This document shows, piece by piece, positions 1 to 9,344 of a DNA stretch of 32,000 bases. How positions within the stretch are numbered: position 1 is the first letter of the stretch; each line of letters begins with the position of its first letter. The stretch is from a bacterium (GTDB lineage Bacteria > Auribacterota > Erginobacteria > Erginobacterales > DAOSXE01). The notes beneath the pieces are model-generated. The model saw only the letters and a program-made list of their open reading frames with translations, had not been told where the DNA came from and searched no databases. The translations under genes were made by a program, and so were the position numbers. The stretch covers positions 1,207 to 33,206 of the forward strand of contig DAOSXE010000002.1 of the NCBI GenBank assembly GCA_035380285.1. The letters run 5' to 3'.

Positions 1-1
1 G

Positions 2-475
2 ATCAGGCTGGGAGTCCCGGAAAGCCTGGCCGCCCGAATCGAGCCCGGGCGCCGGGCGGAAGTCGCCCTGGAAAGCTTTCCCGGGAAAACCTTCCGCGGC
101 AGCGTCAGCGAAGTGGAAATCGCCCTCGACAACATGACGGGCACCTACCCGGTCACCGTGGTTCTCCTCGATCCCCCGGCCGGGGCGCGGCCGGGAATGG
201 CGGCCGAGGTTTCCTTCTTCTTCGAGTTCCCGGAAGGGGAGGGAATCGTGGTCCCCACCTCGGCCGTTTTCTCCGACCTGGAAACCGGCGCCGATTACGT
301 CTGGGTGGTGGAGGGCGGAAAAGTGAACAAGCGCAGGGTCGCGCTGGGGACGCTCTGCACCGAGGGAGTCGAAGTGACTTCCGGGCTCGAAGGAGGGGAA
401 CGGGTGGTAACCGCCGGGGTATCCCGGCTGGAGGAAGGACGGCGCGTGCGTCTCGGCGACGGGCTCGAACCCTGA
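2..475 (+). CDS. RND efflux periplasmic adaptor (HlyD/MFP family), 3' end only
   Basis: Open frame from the window edge (IRLGVPESLAARIEPGRRAEVALESFPGKTFRGSVSEVEIALDNMTGTYPVTV...) with typical MFP beta-barrel/membrane-proximal pattern; directly upstream of an RND pump gene. Confidence 0.85.
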   Translation: MRLGVPESLAARIEPGRRAEVALESFPGKTFRGSVSEVEIALDNMTGTYPVTVVLLDPPAGARPGMAAEVSFFFEFPEGEGIVVPTSAVFSDLETGADYVWVVEGGKVNKRRVALGTLCTEGVEVTSGLEGGERVVTAGVSRLEEGRRVRLGDGLEP

Positions 476-505
476 CCGGCCCCGACCGCACACGCCGGCA
501 AGACG

Positions 506-3500
506 ATGAACCTTACCGAATTCGCCCTGCAACGCAACCGCCTGACCGTGGTCGTGCTTTTTGTCCTCCTGATCGGGGGGGTGTCGGCCTATTTCTCCCT
601 TCCCCAGTCGGAGGATCCGGATTTCGTCATACGAACGGCCCTGGTCGCGACCTACTTTCCCGGAGCGTCCCCGCAGCGGGTGGAGCAACTCGTCACCGAC
701 AAGATCGAACAGCAGATCCAGGAGATCCCCGAACTGGACAACGTATCGTCCCAGTCCCGGACGGGGGTTTCGCTGATCTTCGTCAACATCAAGGAAAAGT
801 ACGACGATATGCGCCCGATCTGGCGCAAGCTCCGGGACAAAGTGGACGACTCCCGCGCCTCCCTTCCCGAGGGGATCGACGGCCCCTACGTCAAAGACGA
901 TTTCGGCGACGTCTTCGGAATCATGGTCGCCCTGACCGGCGAGGGGTTCTCCCAGGCCGAGATCGACGAAACCGCCAAAAACATGCGCAAGGAGCTTCTC
1001 CAGATCAAAGACGTGGCTCGGGTCGAGATCGTGGGGGAACAGGACGAGAGAATCTTCGTCGAGTTTTCCAACGCCCGGCTGGCCGAACTGGGATTCAGCC
1101 CGCTCCAGCTGGCCGAGAGCCTCCAGACCGAAAACATCGTCCTCCCGGGGGGCTACGTCAACATCGGGCCGGACAAGATCGTGGTCGAACCGACCGGCAA
1201 CTACGAGAACGTGGACGCTCTGCGCGATACCGTCATCCGCCTCGCCCACGGAGGGGGAGGGGACAGCCTCATCGCCCTCAAGGATATCGCTTCGGTGACC
1301 CGCGGCTACGTGGAACCGCCGGATACCATCGTTCATTTCAACGGGGTCCCGGCGGTGCTTCTGGCCGTGAACATGACCAAGGAAGGCAATATCGTCGATT
1401 TGGGGCGCCGGATCGACGAATTCCTGCGGCGGGCGGAGGCGGACCTTCCCGTGGGCATGGAATTCGGCTACGCCGCCTTCCAACCCCGATACGTGACCGA
1501 GGCCATCAACGATTTCATGATCAACCTCATCGAGGGGGTGGCGGCGGTGGTGCTGGTCATGCTGCTCTTCCTGGGCCTGCGCACCGGCCTGGTGGTCGGA
1601 ACCCTGATCCCCATGACGATGGTGGTGACGTTCCTGCTCATGTCGGTCTTCGGGATCGGCCTTCAGCAGGTATCGATCGCCTCGCTGATCATCGCCTTGG
1701 GGATGCTGGTGGACAACGCCATCGTCATGAGCGAAGACATCATGGTCCGCATCCGGTCCGGCCAGGAGCGTTTTGCGGCCGCCGTAGCGTCCGGAAGGGA
1801 ACTGGCGATCCCCCTTCTTACCTCCACGCTGACCACCGCCGCCGCCTTTCTGGCGATTTATCTGGCCGAATCCGCGGTGGGAGAGTACTGCGCCAGCCTC
1901 TTCGAAGTGGTGACCATGTCCCTGGTCTCCTCGTGGGTCCTGGCCCTGACCATGATCCCCCTCTTCTGCCTCTGGTTCCTGAAACCGGCGACGGCGGGTT
2001 CGGCCCGCGGTTTCGGGGAAGGGTTCTACCGGCGTTATCGGGGTTTCCTGCTCTGGCTCCTCACCCACCGGGCCGTAGCCGTAGCCGTTCTCCTGGCCGT
2101 GTTCGCGGGGAGCCTGCAGCTTTTCGGAGCGATTCCCCAGATATTCTTCCCCCCGTCGATCCGCCCCCAGTTCGTCGTCGATTTCTGGCTGCCGGAAGGA
2201 ACCCACCTCGCGGAGACGTACCGGGAGATGCTCCCGGTCGAAGAATATTTGAGCGGGCGCAAGGAAGTGGAAAATTTCTCCATGTACGTGGGCGAATCGA
2301 GCCCCCGTTTCTACCTGGCCCTCAACCAGGAACAGAGCAACGAGAACTACGGTTTCTTCCTGGTCAACTGCGTCTCGACCGAGGGCATGGACGAGCTCAT
2401 GGACGGAGTCTACCGGATGATGATCGAAACCATCCCCTCCGTCAATCCGGTGGTTAAAAAACTGGAAACCGGAGCGATGGTGGGAGCCCCGATCCAGATC
2501 AGAATCAGCGGAAACGACGTCAGCGACCGGGGGATCAGGACCCTCTATCGCCTGGCGGGAGAAGTCAAGAGCGCCTTGCGTGAAACTCCCGGCGCCGTCT
2601 CGGTGCGCGACAGCTGGGGTTCCGCCATTAAAAAGCTCTACGTCCGGATCGACCAGGCCCGGGCCCGGAGGGCGGGGCTGACCAGCCAGGATATCGCGGT
2701 CTCGCTCCAGGCCCAGCTGGCCGGTTACCGCGCCACCGAATACCGGGAAGCCGACCAGGTCATCCCGGTGGAACTGCGTTCGACCCGGGCCAACCGCACC
2801 GACCTGGGGAAGATCGAGGGGCTCAACGTTTATTCCCTGGCCGGAGGCCAGAGCATCCCCCTGCTTCAAATCGCCCTGCCCGAATTCCGTTCCGAAGTCT
2901 CCACCATCGAGAGGCGCGACCGCAAAAGAACCCTGACCGTCAAATGCGACGTTTCCGGCCGGACCGCCGCCGACGTGCTCAAAGAGGTCAGGCCCGCAAT
3001 CGACGAGCTGGCCGCCGGCTGGCCCGCGGGCTACGACGTCGAGTACGGAGGAGAGTTCGAAGAGAACGAGAAAGCCTCGCAATCGATCTTCGCGCAGCTG
3101 CCGATCTCGTCTTTCATCATCCTCATGCTCCTGGTCTGGCAGTTCAACTCCTTCCGCAAGACCCTGATCATTTTCTGCACCATCCCCATGGGTCTGATCG
3201 GGGCCGTCCTCGGTCTCTTCCTGACCGGCAGCGAATTCGGGTTCATGTCCATGCTGGGGATGGTGAGCCTGGCCGGGATCGTGATCAACAACGCCATCGT
3301 ACTCATCGACCGGATCAACCTCGAAATCGAAGCGGGGAGGGCTCCCCAGGACGCCATCGTCCTCTCCGGCCAGAAACGGCTGCGCCCCATTCTGCTCACC
3401 ACCATCACCACGCTGGGAGGCCTCCTGCCGCTGGCGCTTCAGGGAGGGCCGCTCTGGGAATCGATGGCCTGGACCATCATCGGCGGCCTCCTTTTCGCCA

Positions 3501-3625
3501 CCGTTCTCACCCTCGGTTTCGTGCCGATCCTCTACTCGGCGTTTTTCGGGATCCGATTCCGAAAGGGAGTGGAGTACGGAAGCGAGGATGGCCCCACCGA
3601 GGCGGCGTTTGAAGCCGGCGCCTGA
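506..3625 (+). CDS. RND family efflux transporter permease (AcrB/HAE1-like)
   Basis: 1039 aa; 'MNLTEFALQRNRLTVVVLFVLLIGG', 'LPQSEDPDF', 'YFPGASPQRVEQLVTDKIEQQI', 'GMLVDNAIVMSEDI', 'GMLGMVSLAGIVINNAIVLIDRINLE' are RND hallmarks. Confidence 0.96.
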   Translation: MNLTEFALQRNRLTVVVLFVLLIGGVSAYFSLPQSEDPDFVIRTALVATYFPGASPQRVEQLVTDKIEQQIQEIPELDNVSSQSRTGVSLIFVNIKEKYDDMRPIWRKLRDKVDDSRASLPEGIDGPYVKDDFGDVFGIMVALTGEGFSQAEIDETAKNMRKELLQIKDVARVEIVGEQDERIFVEFSNARLAELGFSPLQLAESLQTENIVLPGGYVNIGPDKIVVEPTGNYENVDALRDTVIRLAHGGGGDSLIALKDIASVTRGYVEPPDTIVHFNGVPAVLLAVNMTKEGNIVDLGRRIDEFLRRAEADLPVGMEFGYAAFQPRYVTEAINDFMINLIEGVAAVVLVMLLFLGLRTGLVVGTLIPMTMVVTFLLMSVFGIGLQQVSIASLIIALGMLVDNAIVMSEDIMVRIRSGQERFAAAVASGRELAIPLLTSTLTTAAAFLAIYLAESAVGEYCASLFEVVTMSLVSSWVLALTMIPLFCLWFLKPATAGSARGFGEGFYRRYRGFLLWLLTHRAVAVAVLLAVFAGSLQLFGAIPQIFFPPSIRPQFVVDFWLPEGTHLAETYREMLPVEEYLSGRKEVENFSMYVGESSPRFYLALNQEQSNENYGFFLVNCVSTEGMDELMDGVYRMMIETIPSVNPVVKKLETGAMVGAPIQIRISGNDVSDRGIRTLYRLAGEVKSALRETPGAVSVRDSWGSAIKKLYVRIDQARARRAGLTSQDIAVSLQAQLAGYRATEYREADQVIPVELRSTRANRTDLGKIEGLNVYSLAGGQSIPLLQIALPEFRSEVSTIERRDRKRTLTVKCDVSGRTAADVLKEVRPAIDELAAGWPAGYDVEYGGEFEENEKASQSIFAQLPISSFIILMLLVWQFNSFRKTLIIFCTIPMGLIGAVLGLFLTGSEFGFMSMLGMVSLAGIVINNAIVLIDRINLEIEAGRAPQDAIVLSGQKRLRPILLTTITTLGGLLPLALQGGPLWESMAWTIIGGLLFATVLTLGFVPILYSAFFGIRFRKGVEYGSEDGPTEAAFEAGA

Positions 3626-3642
3626 CCCGCGCTGCCGGGCCC

Positions 3643-3726
3643 TGCCGAAGGGGGGACTCGAACCCCCATGGAGTTACCCCCACATGGTCCTGAACCATGC
3701 GCGTCTGCCAATTCCGCCACTTCGGC
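3643..3726 (-). tRNA. tRNA-Leu (anticodon CAG)
   Basis: Reverse complement GCCGAAGTGGCGGAATTGGCAGACGCGCATGGTTCAGGACCATGTGGGGGTAACTCCATGGGGGTTCGAGTCCCCCCTTCGGCA: 7-bp acceptor stem GCCGAAG/CTTCGGC, CATGG-TTCAGGA-CCATG anticodon arm, class II variable arm, GGTTCGAGTCC T arm. CCA not encoded. Confidence 0.97.
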
Positions 3727-3902
3727 TCAACCGGCGCAAAGACTACGAAAACGGGCGGGTGCTGTCAAGGCCCAATCGGGCGGCCGCGGCGCTCCTTGCG
3801 AAAATGCCGCTTGTTCCCGCCGCTTCCGCTTCGGTATGCTTATTAAAGAACAAGTCATCTCAGCCCGAACTCGGGCGGCAGCACAACCCCGGGAGGCGTG
3901 CC

Positions 3903-4331
3903 ATGAAAACCCTGGTTTGCGCGTTCGCGCTCCTGACGGCGGCGGCGGCGGCGGCTCAACCGGTCGTCGATCCCGCGGCCCTGAGGAGCGACCCCTGGCC
4001 TTACCGAAACGCCACCATCACCGTGAAAGACATCTTCACCGCCCGCAAAACCCCGGTGCCGACGGCCATGGCCGAAGCGGGATATTCCGCCCGGGACTAC
4101 CTTCATTTTACCGCCGGACGGTCGGGGATGCCCTGCTACGTGCGCAAGAGTTCCCCGGTGGCGGCCTTGCTCCCAAGCCTTCAGCCGGGGGATCAGGTCA
4201 CCATAGTGGGGAGAGTGGTCCAGCCCAAGATCACGGTCAAGCGCAAAGGCTGGAACCAGGAAAGGATCAAGCTGGAGCGGTTCATCCTCGTCGTCACCAG
4301 CCTGGAGAAGGGCTGGGGGCCTCCGCCCTGA
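3903..4331 (+). CDS. Small exported protein of unknown function, possible OB-like core
   Basis: ATG at 3903 gives a clear signal peptide ([20 protein letters not shown]). '[12 protein letters not shown]...YLHFTAG...[15 protein letters not shown]' resembles an OB-like beta pattern. The longer ORF from 3588 runs through the tRNA and is unlikely. Confidence 0.7.
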   Translation: MKTLVCAFALLTAAAAAAQPVVDPAALRSDPWPYRNATITVKDIFTARKTPVPTAMAEAGYSARDYLHFTAGRSGMPCYVRKSSPVAALLPSLQPGDQVTIVGRVVQPKITVKRKGWNQERIKLERFILVVTSLEKGWGPPP

Positions 4332-4350
4332 GCCCCGGAAGGACCGGGAC

Positions 4351-4806
4351 GTGAAGGGACGAGTCCTGATCACCAACCGCAAGGCCCGTCGCGACTACCT
4401 GATCCTGGAAACGTCGGAGGCCGGCATCGTCCTTGAGGGCTCGGAGGTGAAATCCCTGCGCGCCGGGCGCGGGAGCCTGGCCGAAAGTTACGCCCGCGTC
4501 GAGAACGAGGAAGTGTTCCTGGAAGGGATGCATATCACCCCCTACGACCATGGGAGCGTCTTCAACCCCCCGGAACTGCGCCCGCGCAAACTCCTTCTGC
4601 ATAAGCGGGAAATCAGGAAACTGATCGGCCAGACCGCGATCAAGGGACACACGCTGATCCCCCTTTCCCTCTATCTCAGCCGGGGCCGGGTCAAGGTGGA
4701 ATTGGCTGTGGCCCGGGGGAAGAAAGCCTACGACAAGCGGGAGACGATCAGGGAACGGGAAGGGGCCCGGGAGATGGCGGCGGCCGTCAAACGGGCTCGG
4801 AACTGA
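4351..4806 (+). CDS. smpB: SsrA-binding protein SmpB
   Basis: '[12 protein letters not shown]', '[19 protein letters not shown]', '[55 protein letters not shown]' are SmpB signatures. Confidence 0.98.
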   Translation: MKGRVLITNRKARRDYLILETSEAGIVLEGSEVKSLRAGRGSLAESYARVENEEVFLEGMHITPYDHGSVFNPPELRPRKLLLHKREIRKLIGQTAIKGHTLIPLSLYLSRGRVKVELAVARGKKAYDKRETIREREGAREMAAAVKRARN

Positions 4807-4818
4807 AAAACCCGGCTT

Positions 4819-6177
4819 TCAGAAAATAAGGTATTTGGCCAGGAAAAGTCCGGCCACCGGATAGAGCGGCCAATGCACCTCCCGTCCCCGGCCGGCCAGG
4901 AGCTTGATCGCGGGGTAGGAGACGAACCCCCAGGCGATCCCGTCGGCGATGCTGTAGCAGAGGGGGATACCCACCATGACCAGAAAAGCGGGGAGCCCCT
5001 CGGTCAGGTCGTCCCATTGCACTTTGCGGACGTTGCGGATCATCATCGCCCCCACCACGATCAAGGCCGGAGCGGTGAGGGCGTGATCCTGGGTGACCAT
5101 GCCCACCACCGGGCTGAAAAAAAGCGCGGCGAGAAAACAACCGGCCGTGACCACGCTGGTAAAACCCGTCCTCCCTCCGTAAGCCACCCCGGTAATGCTT
5201 TCGATGAAGGAGGTGACCGTGCTGGTTCCCATCGCCGCCCCCACCACGGTCCCGACCGCGTCCGAGACCAGGGCCCGGTCGGCGCGAGGCAGACGGTTAT
5301 CCTTGATGAACCCGGCCTGTTCGCTGACGCCGATCAGGGTCCCCAGCGTATCGAACACGTCCATGAACAGGAAGATGACGATGAAGGACCACATGTGGGG
5401 GCTGAGGGCGTGAACGAGGTCGAACTTCAGAAAGGTGGGGGAGAGGGAAGGGGGAGGGGCGACCACGGCCCCGCTGAACCGGGTGCGGCCCAAAATCAGG
5501 GACAGGGCCAGGCCGGAGAGAATCCCCCAGAGGATGGCTCCCCGCACTCGGCGCGTCATCAGCGCCAGCGTGACCAGGAAAACGAAACCGAAGACCAGCA
5601 TCTGCAGAGAGTGGAGGCGGGGGTTGAGACCGATCAGGGTTCCGGGGTCGGCGACCACGATCTTGGCGTTCTGCAGTCCGATGAATGCGATGAAGATTCC
5701 GATCCCCACGGCGATCCCGTTGCGGAGACTGGGGCTGACCGCCTCGATGACGACGCGGCGCACCCGGCAGAGCGAGAGGATGAGGAAGATGACGCCGGAG
5801 ATGAACACCACCCCCAGAGCGACCTGCCAGGCCGTGGTTTCTCCGGCGCGGACCGCCGCCAGCGTGCCCGCCTCGGCCACCACGGTGAGAACGAAGAAAA
5901 AATTCTCCCCCATCCCCGGGGCCTGGGCGATCGGGTAGTTGGCCAGAACCCCCATGAGGAGGGTGGCCAGGGCCCCGGAAAGACAGGTGGCGGTCATGAC
6001 CGCCCCGAAATCCAACCCCGAATCGAAGCCGAACATTTTCCCCGAAAGCACCGCCGGCTGCACGAAGATGATGTAGGCCAACGTGGTGAAGGTGGTGATG
6101 CCGGCCCCGATTTCGGTACGGAGATCGGTGCGGCGTTCTGCGAAACCGAAGTATGTCGAAAGGAAATGCCTGTTCAT
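4819..6177 (-). CDS. NCS2 family nucleobase (adenine/guanine/hypoxanthine) permease, AzgA-like
   Basis: 'MNRHFLSTYFGFAERRTDLRTEIGAGITTFTTLAYIIFVQPAVLS', 'APGMGENFFF', 'GVSEQAGFIKDNRLPRADRALVSDAVGTVVGAAMGTSTVTSFIESITGVAYGGRTGFTSVVTAG'. Start placed at 6177. Confidence 0.94.
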   Translation of the reverse strand: MNRHFLSTYFGFAERRTDLRTEIGAGITTFTTLAYIIFVQPAVLSGKMFGFDSGLDFGAVMTATCLSGALATLLMGVLANYPIAQAPGMGENFFFVLTVVAEAGTLAAVRAGETTAWQVALGVVFISGVIFLILSLCRVRRVVIEAVSPSLRNGIAVGIGIFIAFIGLQNAKIVVADPGTLIGLNPRLHSLQMLVFGFVFLVTLALMTRRVRGAILWGILSGLALSLILGRTRFSGAVVAPPPSLSPTFLKFDLVHALSPHMWSFIVIFLFMDVFDTLGTLIGVSEQAGFIKDNRLPRADRALVSDAVGTVVGAAMGTSTVTSFIESITGVAYGGRTGFTSVVTAGCFLAALFFSPVVGMVTQDHALTAPALIVVGAMMIRNVRKVQWDDLTEGLPAFLVMVGIPLCYSIADGIAWGFVSYPAIKLLAGRGREVHWPLYPVAGLFLAKYLIF

Positions 6178-6258
6178 GGCCCGGCCGCCGGTCGCGGTTG
6201 TTTCCCCGAAGGCGGCTATGATAGCATACCGTTCGTCCATGTAAAGAGGGAGAGAACC

Positions 6259-7062
6259 ATGAGCGCCCCCATCACCCTGGTTACCTGCGGGATCATCTGG
6301 AAGGGAAACCGTTTTCTGATCGCCCAGCGCAAGCCCGATTCGCGACTCGAACCCCTGAAGTGGGAATTCCCGGGAGGAAAGATCGAGTTCACCGAGGATC
6401 CGCCCACCGCCCTGCGCCGGGAGATCCGCGAAGAGCTCGGCTTCGAGATCGACGTCGGGGATATCTTCTGCGTCAGTTCCCACACCTACAGCCGGCCCGA
6501 CGGGACGGCCAAGCATATCATGATGCTGGCCTACAACTGCGCCTATCGGCGCGGGGAACCCTCGGCGATCGACGTGCACGGGTTCCGTTGGGTCGAAACC
6601 CGGGAACTGGACGCCTACGACCTGGCGGCCGCCGACCTCGTCATCCGCGACCGGCTCCAGAGACGCCACGGTCTCCCTCCCTCCGATGCGCCGGCACCGG
6701 ACGAAACCCCCGACCTCCATGACCGGGATACGACCGTGGCCGATCTGCGGAAGGTGGTTTCGCAATTCGTGGAAGAACGCGACTGGGGACAGTTTCATTC
6801 CCCCAAGAACCTGAGCATGTCCATCGCCATCGAAGCGGCCGAGCTCATGGAGCTTTTTCAGTGGAACACGGTCGAGGAATCCCGGTTGATCGGCCAGACC
6901 CCCGAACGCTACGAGGAAGTCTGCCGGGAAGTGGCGGACATAGCCGCCTACGTTCTCAGCCTGGCCAATTCCCTCGACATCGATCTCAGCCGGGCGGTCA
7001 CCCGGAAGATGAGGCTGAACCGGCTGAAGTACCCCCGGGAAAAATTCTATGGGAAATTCTGA
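6259..7062 (+). CDS. Fusion protein: NUDIX hydrolase + MazG-like nucleotide pyrophosphohydrolase
   Basis: Perfect Nudix box GKIEFTEDPPTALRREIREELGF (GX5EX7REUXEEXGU), followed by a MazG/dCTPase-like domain 'TVADLRKVVSQFVEERDWGQFHSPKNLSMSIAIEAAELMELFQW...EVCREVADIAAYVLSLANSLDIDLSRAVTRKMRLNRLKYP'. Confidence 0.93.
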   Translation: MSAPITLVTCGIIWKGNRFLIAQRKPDSRLEPLKWEFPGGKIEFTEDPPTALRREIREELGFEIDVGDIFCVSSHTYSRPDGTAKHIMMLAYNCAYRRGEPSAIDVHGFRWVETRELDAYDLAAADLVIRDRLQRRHGLPPSDAPAPDETPDLHDRDTTVADLRKVVSQFVEERDWGQFHSPKNLSMSIAIEAAELMELFQWNTVEESRLIGQTPERYEEVCREVADIAAYVLSLANSLDIDLSRAVTRKMRLNRLKYPREKFYGKF

Positions 7063-7098
7063 GGGGCCGACCGCGGCGGGCGCCGGCGGGGTCCGGCA

Positions 7099-7398
7099 AT
7101 GAAGTCCTCGGGGGAAACCCGGATCCGGATCCTGGTGCGGGGGCGGGTCCAGGGGGTGTTTTTCCGGGCTTCCACCGTCGAGGTGGGAACCGGGTTGGGG
7201 CTGGCCGGCCGGGTCCGCAACCTCCCCGACGGCGGCGTGGAGGTTCTGGCCGAAGGCCCCCGCCCGGCCCTGGAAGAGCTCGCGGCCTGGGCCCGGCGGG
7301 GGCCGGCCGGCGCCCGCGTGGACTCGGTCGAAGTGGAGTGGGGCGCGGGTCCGGGCGGATACGCCGGGTTCGGCATCGCCGGGAGGTGGGATCGATGA
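7099..7398 (+). CDS. Acylphosphatase
   Basis: 'RIRILVRGRVQGVFFRASTVEVGTGLGLAGRVRNLPDGGVEVLAEG' is the acylphosphatase signature. Confidence 0.95.
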   Translation: MKSSGETRIRILVRGRVQGVFFRASTVEVGTGLGLAGRVRNLPDGGVEVLAEGPRPALEELAAWARRGPAGARVDSVEVEWGAGPGGYAGFGIAGRWDR

Positions 7399-8582
7399 TC
7401 CGGACCCTGGCGGCGGCCCTGCTTTTTCTTCAGGCGGCCGGAACCGGCCCGGAGCCGGCCGGCGCCCCGGCCTGGAGGCAACAGGGGGGAGGGTCCGACC
7501 ACGGCGGAGGGGAGGGGGGGGTTCCCACCGACCCGGTTCTGGCGTGGCGCTATTCGGGGCGCTACGCTTTTTTCACCCCTCCCTCGGTTCTCGGCGACCG
7601 GCTGGTGGTGGGGGACGAGCATGGACGGCTGACCTGTTTTTCGGCCGAAGACGGTCACCGGATCTGGGACCGGAAGTCCTCCGGGTACTACGCCGCGGCC
7701 CCGGTGGCGGCGGAGGGCCGGATCTACGCCGCCTGCTCCCGCCGCGAACAGTGGACGGAAACCGTTAAAAGCGGGGGGATGTTTTCCGGCGGCGCCGACC
7801 AGATCGTGTCCATGGTCGAGGAGCGGGGGACCATCGCCTGTTACGCCCTGGAGAACGGGCGCAAGCTGTGGAGCCGGCGGTTTCCCAAGGTCATCCACGC
7901 CACACCCGCCCTGGAAGGAGACCGCCTGGTCGCGGGCAGCGGCGATTTCAAGATCTACTGCCTGGAAGCTCAGCGGGGGAAACACCTGTGGGAAGTCAAA
8001 ACGGAGGGACCGGTGGAAGCTTCCCCGGTCATCACCGCGGGGAGGGTCCTGGCCGGATCCAGCGACGCCAACCTTTACTGCCTCGACCTCGGCGACGGCT
8101 CCCTGCTCTGGCGTTTCAAGGCATCGGGCGCGATCCGGGTCGCCCCGGCGGCGGCGCGGGGCGGGGTTTTTTTCGGGACCGTGACGGGGACCATGTACTG
8201 CCTGACCGTTTCCGCGGGAACGAAGGTTTGGGAGAAGGACCTCAAAGCGCTCCTGGTTTCTCCGCCGATGATCGTTCACAACGATCTCGTCCTCGCCTGC
8301 AGCGACCACACCATCCGCTGTCTCCGGGGGGGGGACGGCGAAGAGAAATGGCGGCTCGAGACCCGGGGCATGGCCCGGAGCCTGGCCGCCGGCGCTGACG
8401 CGGGGTTGGCCGGCTGCGACGACGGAACCCTGGTCGCCTTCGGCCTGGAAGACGGCCGGGGGAGGTGGGAGCAGACGCTGGCCCGCAAGGAACCGCTCCT
8501 GGTCTCCATCGGGGGAGGGAAAATCTTTGCTTCTTCTCCCGACAAATCTATATATTGTCTGCGTCAGAACCGGGGCCGTTAG
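7395..8582 (+). CDS. Exported PQQ-like (BamB/PQQ_2-type) beta-propeller protein
   Basis: Repeated blades 'GRLTCFSAEDGHRIWD', 'GTIACYALENGRKLWSRRF', 'FKIYCLEAQRGKHLWEVKTEG', 'ANLYCLDLGDGSLLWRFKASG', 'GTMYCLTVSAGTKVWEKDL', 'HTIRCLRGGDGEEKWRLETRG'. ATG overlaps the acylphosphatase stop (ATGA). Confidence 0.88.
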   Translation: MIRTLAAALLFLQAAGTGPEPAGAPAWRQQGGGSDHGGGEGGVPTDPVLAWRYSGRYAFFTPPSVLGDRLVVGDEHGRLTCFSAEDGHRIWDRKSSGYYAAAPVAAEGRIYAACSRREQWTETVKSGGMFSGGADQIVSMVEERGTIACYALENGRKLWSRRFPKVIHATPALEGDRLVAGSGDFKIYCLEAQRGKHLWEVKTEGPVEASPVITAGRVLAGSSDANLYCLDLGDGSLLWRFKASGAIRVAPAAARGGVFFGTVTGTMYCLTVSAGTKVWEKDLKALLVSPPMIVHNDLVLACSDHTIRCLRGGDGEEKWRLETRGMARSLAAGADAGLAGCDDGTLVAFGLEDGRGRWEQTLARKEPLLVSIGGGKIFASSPDKSIYCLRQNRGR

Positions 8583-8612
8583 GGCGGCCCAAGCCTAAAC
8601 CCGGAGAGGGAA

Positions 8613-9344
8613 ATGAAAAGATTGGGTTCAGGGGCGTTGTTGCTGTTGTTGATGTCCGCGGTCGGAACGGTCCGGGCCGAACCGGCCGCCCCCGAAGACG
8701 GGTACCGGCTCCTGCGGGAAGCGACCGCCGCCGAAGCGGCGGGCCGCGCGGACCAGGCCGCGGCTCTGAACCGGCAGGCCCTGGACGTCTTCCGCGCCCT
8801 GGCCGGCGCCTCCGTCCCGGAAACGGACCCGGAACTGGATTCTTCCCGGCTGCGGATAGAAGAGGATCTCCCCTCGAAGCCCACCGACCTGGAACTGAAG
8901 CTGTTGCGCCAACAGGAGCTGATCCTCAACCAGCAGCAGCTGATCCTGCAGAAACTGGCTCAGGTCGCGGAGTCCAACGCCGCTTTCACCGAGGAGATCA
9001 AGGGGGTACGCGCGGACACCTCGGAGATACCCAATCTGTCCGACGAGATCGACGACATCCGTTCGAATTCGGAGACGATTCTCGACTTCGAGGGGCTCCT
9101 GGCCCGTATCGAGGACAACACCCAGGACATTCCCGAGATGCTCAACACCGTCGACGAGATCGACAACAACACCAGCGATATCGGCAATATCGACGACTCC
9201 CTCCAGGACATCCGGGACAACCGCGATCTGCTCGATCAGGTCATCAGCATCGTCGAGGACATCAAAAACGACACCGACCGCATCGGGGACGTGGAGTCGG
9301 CGGTGGAAGACGTCAAGGACGAGATCAGCTCCGGCGGCAATTAA
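8613..9344 (+). CDS. Exported acidic coiled-coil protein of unknown function
   Basis: Signal peptide MKRLGSGALLLLLMSAVGTVRAEP; SD GGAGAGGG; C-terminal Ile/Leu-periodic acidic helix 'IRSNSETILDFEGLLARIEDNTQDIPEMLNTVDEIDNNTSDIGNIDDSLQDIRDN...VEDIKNDTDRIGDVESAVEDVKDEI'. Confidence 0.75.
   Translation: MKRLGSGALLLLLMSAVGTVRAEPAAPEDGYRLLREATAAEAAGRADQAAALNRQALDVFRALAGASVPETDPELDSSRLRIEEDLPSKPTDLELKLLRQQELILNQQQLILQKLAQVAESNAAFTEEIKGVRADTSEIPNLSDEIDDIRSNSETILDFEGLLARIEDNTQDIPEMLNTVDEIDNNTSDIGNIDDSLQDIRDNRDLLDQVISIVEDIKNDTDRIGDVESAVEDVKDEISSGGN

Noticed and set aside
1700-1745. VDN instead of VDD in the RND proton-relay region (GMLVDNAIVMSED) as evidence of an inactive pump
   Set aside because: VDN-type variants are common among functional HAE1-like RND pumps, and the first Asp is retained.
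3588-3902. Upstream extension of the small exported protein ORF
   Set aside because: It would read through the tRNA-Leu locus; the ATG at 3903 starts a convincing signal peptide.
4803-4822. CTGAAA...TTTCAG inverted repeat between smpB and the permease gene as a bidirectional terminator
   Set aside because: Only 6 bp, AT-rich, made largely of the two facing stop codons; too weak to claim.
4873-6258. N-terminal ~460 aa of the 729-aa plus-strand ORF 4873..7062
   Set aside because: Antisense to the NCS2 permease with His/Gly/Arg-rich junk; only the part from ATG 6259 (NUDIX-MazG) is real.
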